Shown: piece after piece, positions 61,051 through 64,000 of the stretch
Position numbering within the stretch: position 1 is the first letter of the stretch
Layout of the letters: every line of letters begins with the position of its first letter
The notes under the pieces: generated by a model
Seen by the model: the letters and a program-made list of their open reading frames with translations, nothing else
The model's database searches: none
What the model was told of the DNA's origin: nothing
DNA from: Azolla caroliniana
Lineage: Eukaryota > Plantae > Polypodiophyta
DNA length: 64,000 nucleotides
Assembly (NCBI GenBank): GCA_043228905.1
Contig: JBHGNT010000013.1
Span: forward strand, 16,864,001 to 16,928,000
Direction: 5' to 3'
Position numbers and translations under genes: made by a program

Positions 61051-62437
61051 GTTGAACGAGGAGAACGATCGAGGAGGAGAAAGTTGGATGAAGAAATGTT
61101 TGAGGTGTAGAATGTTTGATGAGTGGAATGTTGGATGAGGAGAATGTTGGAACCAATCGTCAGGTGCAAAACAATCTCAATGTTGAGAAAAACCCCAGCC
61201 ACAACTGGTTGATATGTATGCGAATGCGGGTGCAAAGACCATGAATGGCAGTACATAGAAAACGAGAACAGAAATACAGAGACAAGAATAAATATTGCAT
61301 TACTAGAATAAATTTGTTTTGAAGATATTGCATTACCAGAATAAATTTGTCAATACCACATGTTTCTGGAGTGACCTTAAGCTTTGCACTTATATCTCTT
61401 TATCATGTTTGCGTTTTCTTCCTGTATGTGTTTGAGGATATTGTATATCTTTCCTAAATTTGTCCACACATCACTTGGTTTTGAGCGACCTTAAGCTTGG
61501 ACAACCTTATGCTTAATTGAACCATTCATTGCGGGTGCCCCTTCTTACATGTATATTCTTTATGATTACACCACCTTACATTTTATAGCTTCACACAACG
61601 AATTATAGAAGAACAACTGTATTGAATTCTAAAAATCATATGGAACGTGGTAACACACAAGTAAGCACTTCGTTATACATGACTAATAGGAGACATGCAT
61701 TGGTTTGGCTTTTATATGTTCTAGCAACTTTAGCATTGCATGTATATATTTGTGATATGGAATTTATTTTGGAGTATAACCCCAACTCAAAAATTTGTAT
61801 GAGATTGAAGACCTCATGTTTGACTAAAATACAATCAATGACACTACCCATATATCCAATTGTTTACACTACCAAAGTTTATCAAACTTATGCATGACTA
61901 ATTCCACCATACTTGTACTATAATCAAATGGGTTGGTTCCCATTTCAAATATATTCTTATGCATGCATGTTTGTCATGTGGTTCCAACAATAAATCTAAG
62001 ATTTTTACATGCATGTTTCCCATGACTAACACTTTCCTTCATTAGCAATCTTACTAACATGTAGCCATAAATCTCCAAGGGATCCTTGTATGGCCCAAAG
62101 CATGATACCATGATAATTCCCTATTTGGTAATCTCTAGGCATAAATCCCCAAAGGGATCATTCTTGTGTGACCCAAAGCACCAATTTATTAATAAGTTCC
62201 TATCATAAATTTAAAGCATGTCTCTTTACAAATAGTGATTATTTCTTTTAACAATTCTTTATACAGACTTATTATTTGGGAGATAACATGCATCATATTC
62301 TCATGTTTATCGAAGCAAGTGATGTAGCCCATATGGAAGTAGGTAATGTCTAAAGTTGTGTATTGTATGTCATTTTAACTAATGGACTATATTCTTCTTT
62401 GGAAAAGAAAAAGAGGGTAAGAATGTCATATTCTAGG

Positions 62438-64000
62438 TGTCATGATATGACAAGACTCGAACCCATGACCTTATGGTATATGGGTCAAGCTCTTAACCAT
62501 CACACCATCTATTATAATTCATAAGATATTATTTTCATTTATGTTTTATTATAAGAAAGTAATGTATATTCCAGATTTCTCTGGAACATTCTAGAAGTTT
62601 CAAGATTACTCCTGACAACACTATAAAAGAAGGCACTAGGCATTATGTTGAACCAAATTGGTTCAACGCCAGTCTTAAGCCTCTCAGCCGCTTTGTACTT
62701 ATCTTTTCACATAATATATTAGCTGTTGTCATCATCTTTCTCTCTCTCTCTCCTCTTCTCACTTCCTCTCTCGGGAATCTTACGCAGTTCCGTCCTCTTA
62801 GTACTAATAGTACTGCTCTTCTTAGTACTAATTCCATCTCTGCTTTAGTACTATTCCTGACAGTTTGAACCAATTTCTCCTTTCCTCCAGCCTACTTGTC
62901 ATTCTCCCTCCTCCTACCCTTTTCCCTATACTATGGCTACTGTTAGCGCCCAAGAATATCAATCTGTTTTCTCCGAGTTACAGTGCCTAAAAGAAAAGTT
63001 TGTTGCCCTGGAACAAGAAAACCAACGGTTTGTAGGGGATCTCCAACAAATCTCTCTCGAAAAACAACAAAGGCAACAACAACATGGGGAGTTAGCATTA
63101 CGGGTACAACAACTCGAAGCAGCGTTGCAACAACAAGGATCAAGTCCCCAAGGATTTCATAAAGAACCCAAGATTGGACTTCCTATGAAATTTGATGGAA
63201 CGCGATTGCAATTCCGGGGATTCCTTAATCAGGTACTCTTAGTCATCCAGATGCATCCTTCCCGATATCCCACTGATGCATCTCGAGTCGGCCTAATAGG
63301 CACGTTACTTAGCGGCTCAGCCTTGGCATGGTTCGCTCCGCTTCTAGAAAAACAATCACCCTTGCTCAATAACTTTGAAGATTTTATTGGTGAGTTTAAA
63401 GCCTGCTTTGGAGATACCGACGGCATCAGGACGACGATCAACAAGATCCGAAGATTGCGTCAAGGCGATTGTCCAGCCTCTGCCTACGCGGCGGATTTCC
63501 GTCTACTCGCCTAAGATATTCCCTGGGATGATCAGGCCCTCATGGAGCAGTTTCGCTACGGCTTGCGCAATGATGTCAAAGATCTGCTTTTAACCTTCCC
63601 CGAAGAACCAAAGTCTCTTACAGAGGCAATCAGTCGAGCGGTCCAATGCGACAACCGCCTTTTCGAACGGCGTTCGGAGCGTCAGTTACAAATAACACGC
63701 TCTCGGCCGGAACCCACATACGCCTCAGTCACGGCTAAACCGTTTGCACACGATGTACCTCAAGCCAATATTCTGACACCGATGGAGATCGACACCATGC
63801 GTCGACGCGGCCCGTTATCGGAAGAAGAAAAGCAACGACGACGTGTCAATCGATTATGCCTTTATTGCGGTGGATTAGGGCATATCGCCATCAATTGTCC
63901 CCATAGGCCAAGAAGATAGGTAAATCAAATCGTCGCCTGTACTAAACCCGAGTCAATTCTTCCCTTCGGAGTGTCTGATAGTATTAATAGTACTAATAGA
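62438..64000 (+). mobile_element. Gypsy-D: 5' end of a Tf1/sushi/Tcn1-like Ty3/gypsy element, truncated by the window
   Basis: Putative LTR TGTCA(62438)..TGACA(62862), TATAAAA at 62622-62628, PEG10/sushi-type gag from 62933. The second LTR is not in the window. Confidence 0.82.
62933..63919 (+). pseudogene. gag: Gypsy-D gag with an in-frame stop
   Basis: Motifs PMKFDGTR, LLSGSALAWF, LRQG..YAADFR, QFRYGL, PMEID, CLYCGGLGHIAINC; TAA at 63512-63514. Confidence 0.92.

Noticed and set aside
59062-62430. Short ORFs such as 60304-60642, 60747-61256 and 61622-61897 as host genes
   Set aside because: No recognisable domains; the only interpretable part is the LINE-c remnant.
62433-62437. CTAGG before Gypsy-D is identical to the Copia-1 TSD
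   Set aside because: The elements belong to different superfamilies and the second flank is outside the window; probably coincidence.

Overview
This is plant nuclear DNA, probably from a non-seed land plant (low confidence on the taxon). It is almost entirely nested transposable elements, and I found no credible host gene. Nest A is a minus-strand L1-type LINE (~4992-30790) interrupted by Copia-1 (5420-11227, TSD CTAGG) and Copia-2 (13755-27528); Copia-2 in turn carries Gypsy-A (19137-26907) in its gag. Nest B is Copia-3 (32051-58670, TSD GATAT), whose ~270-bp 3' LTR has been inflated to 24 kb. That LTR holds a hAT MITE and a LINE sitting in its (GA)n run. The LINE contains a gag-only LTR element (B1), which holds a second copy of its own family (B2) and an apparently intact Gypsy-C (47962-55268). 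A 5'-truncated LINE and the start of a Tf1/Tcn1-like chromovirus-type element end the window. The main discovery candidate is the Gypsy group A/B1/B2/C. All four insertions made 4-bp TSDs centred on CpG (TCGC, ACGT, GCGG, GCGT), use a tRNA-Trp PBS, and share a covarying hairpin before an atypical PPT. The two coding families have a D-H-G protease, an FLDD reverse transcriptase, and a G_GAU_UUU -1 frameshift followed by a covarying H-type pseudoknot placed after the protease. All alignments and counts were done by eye.
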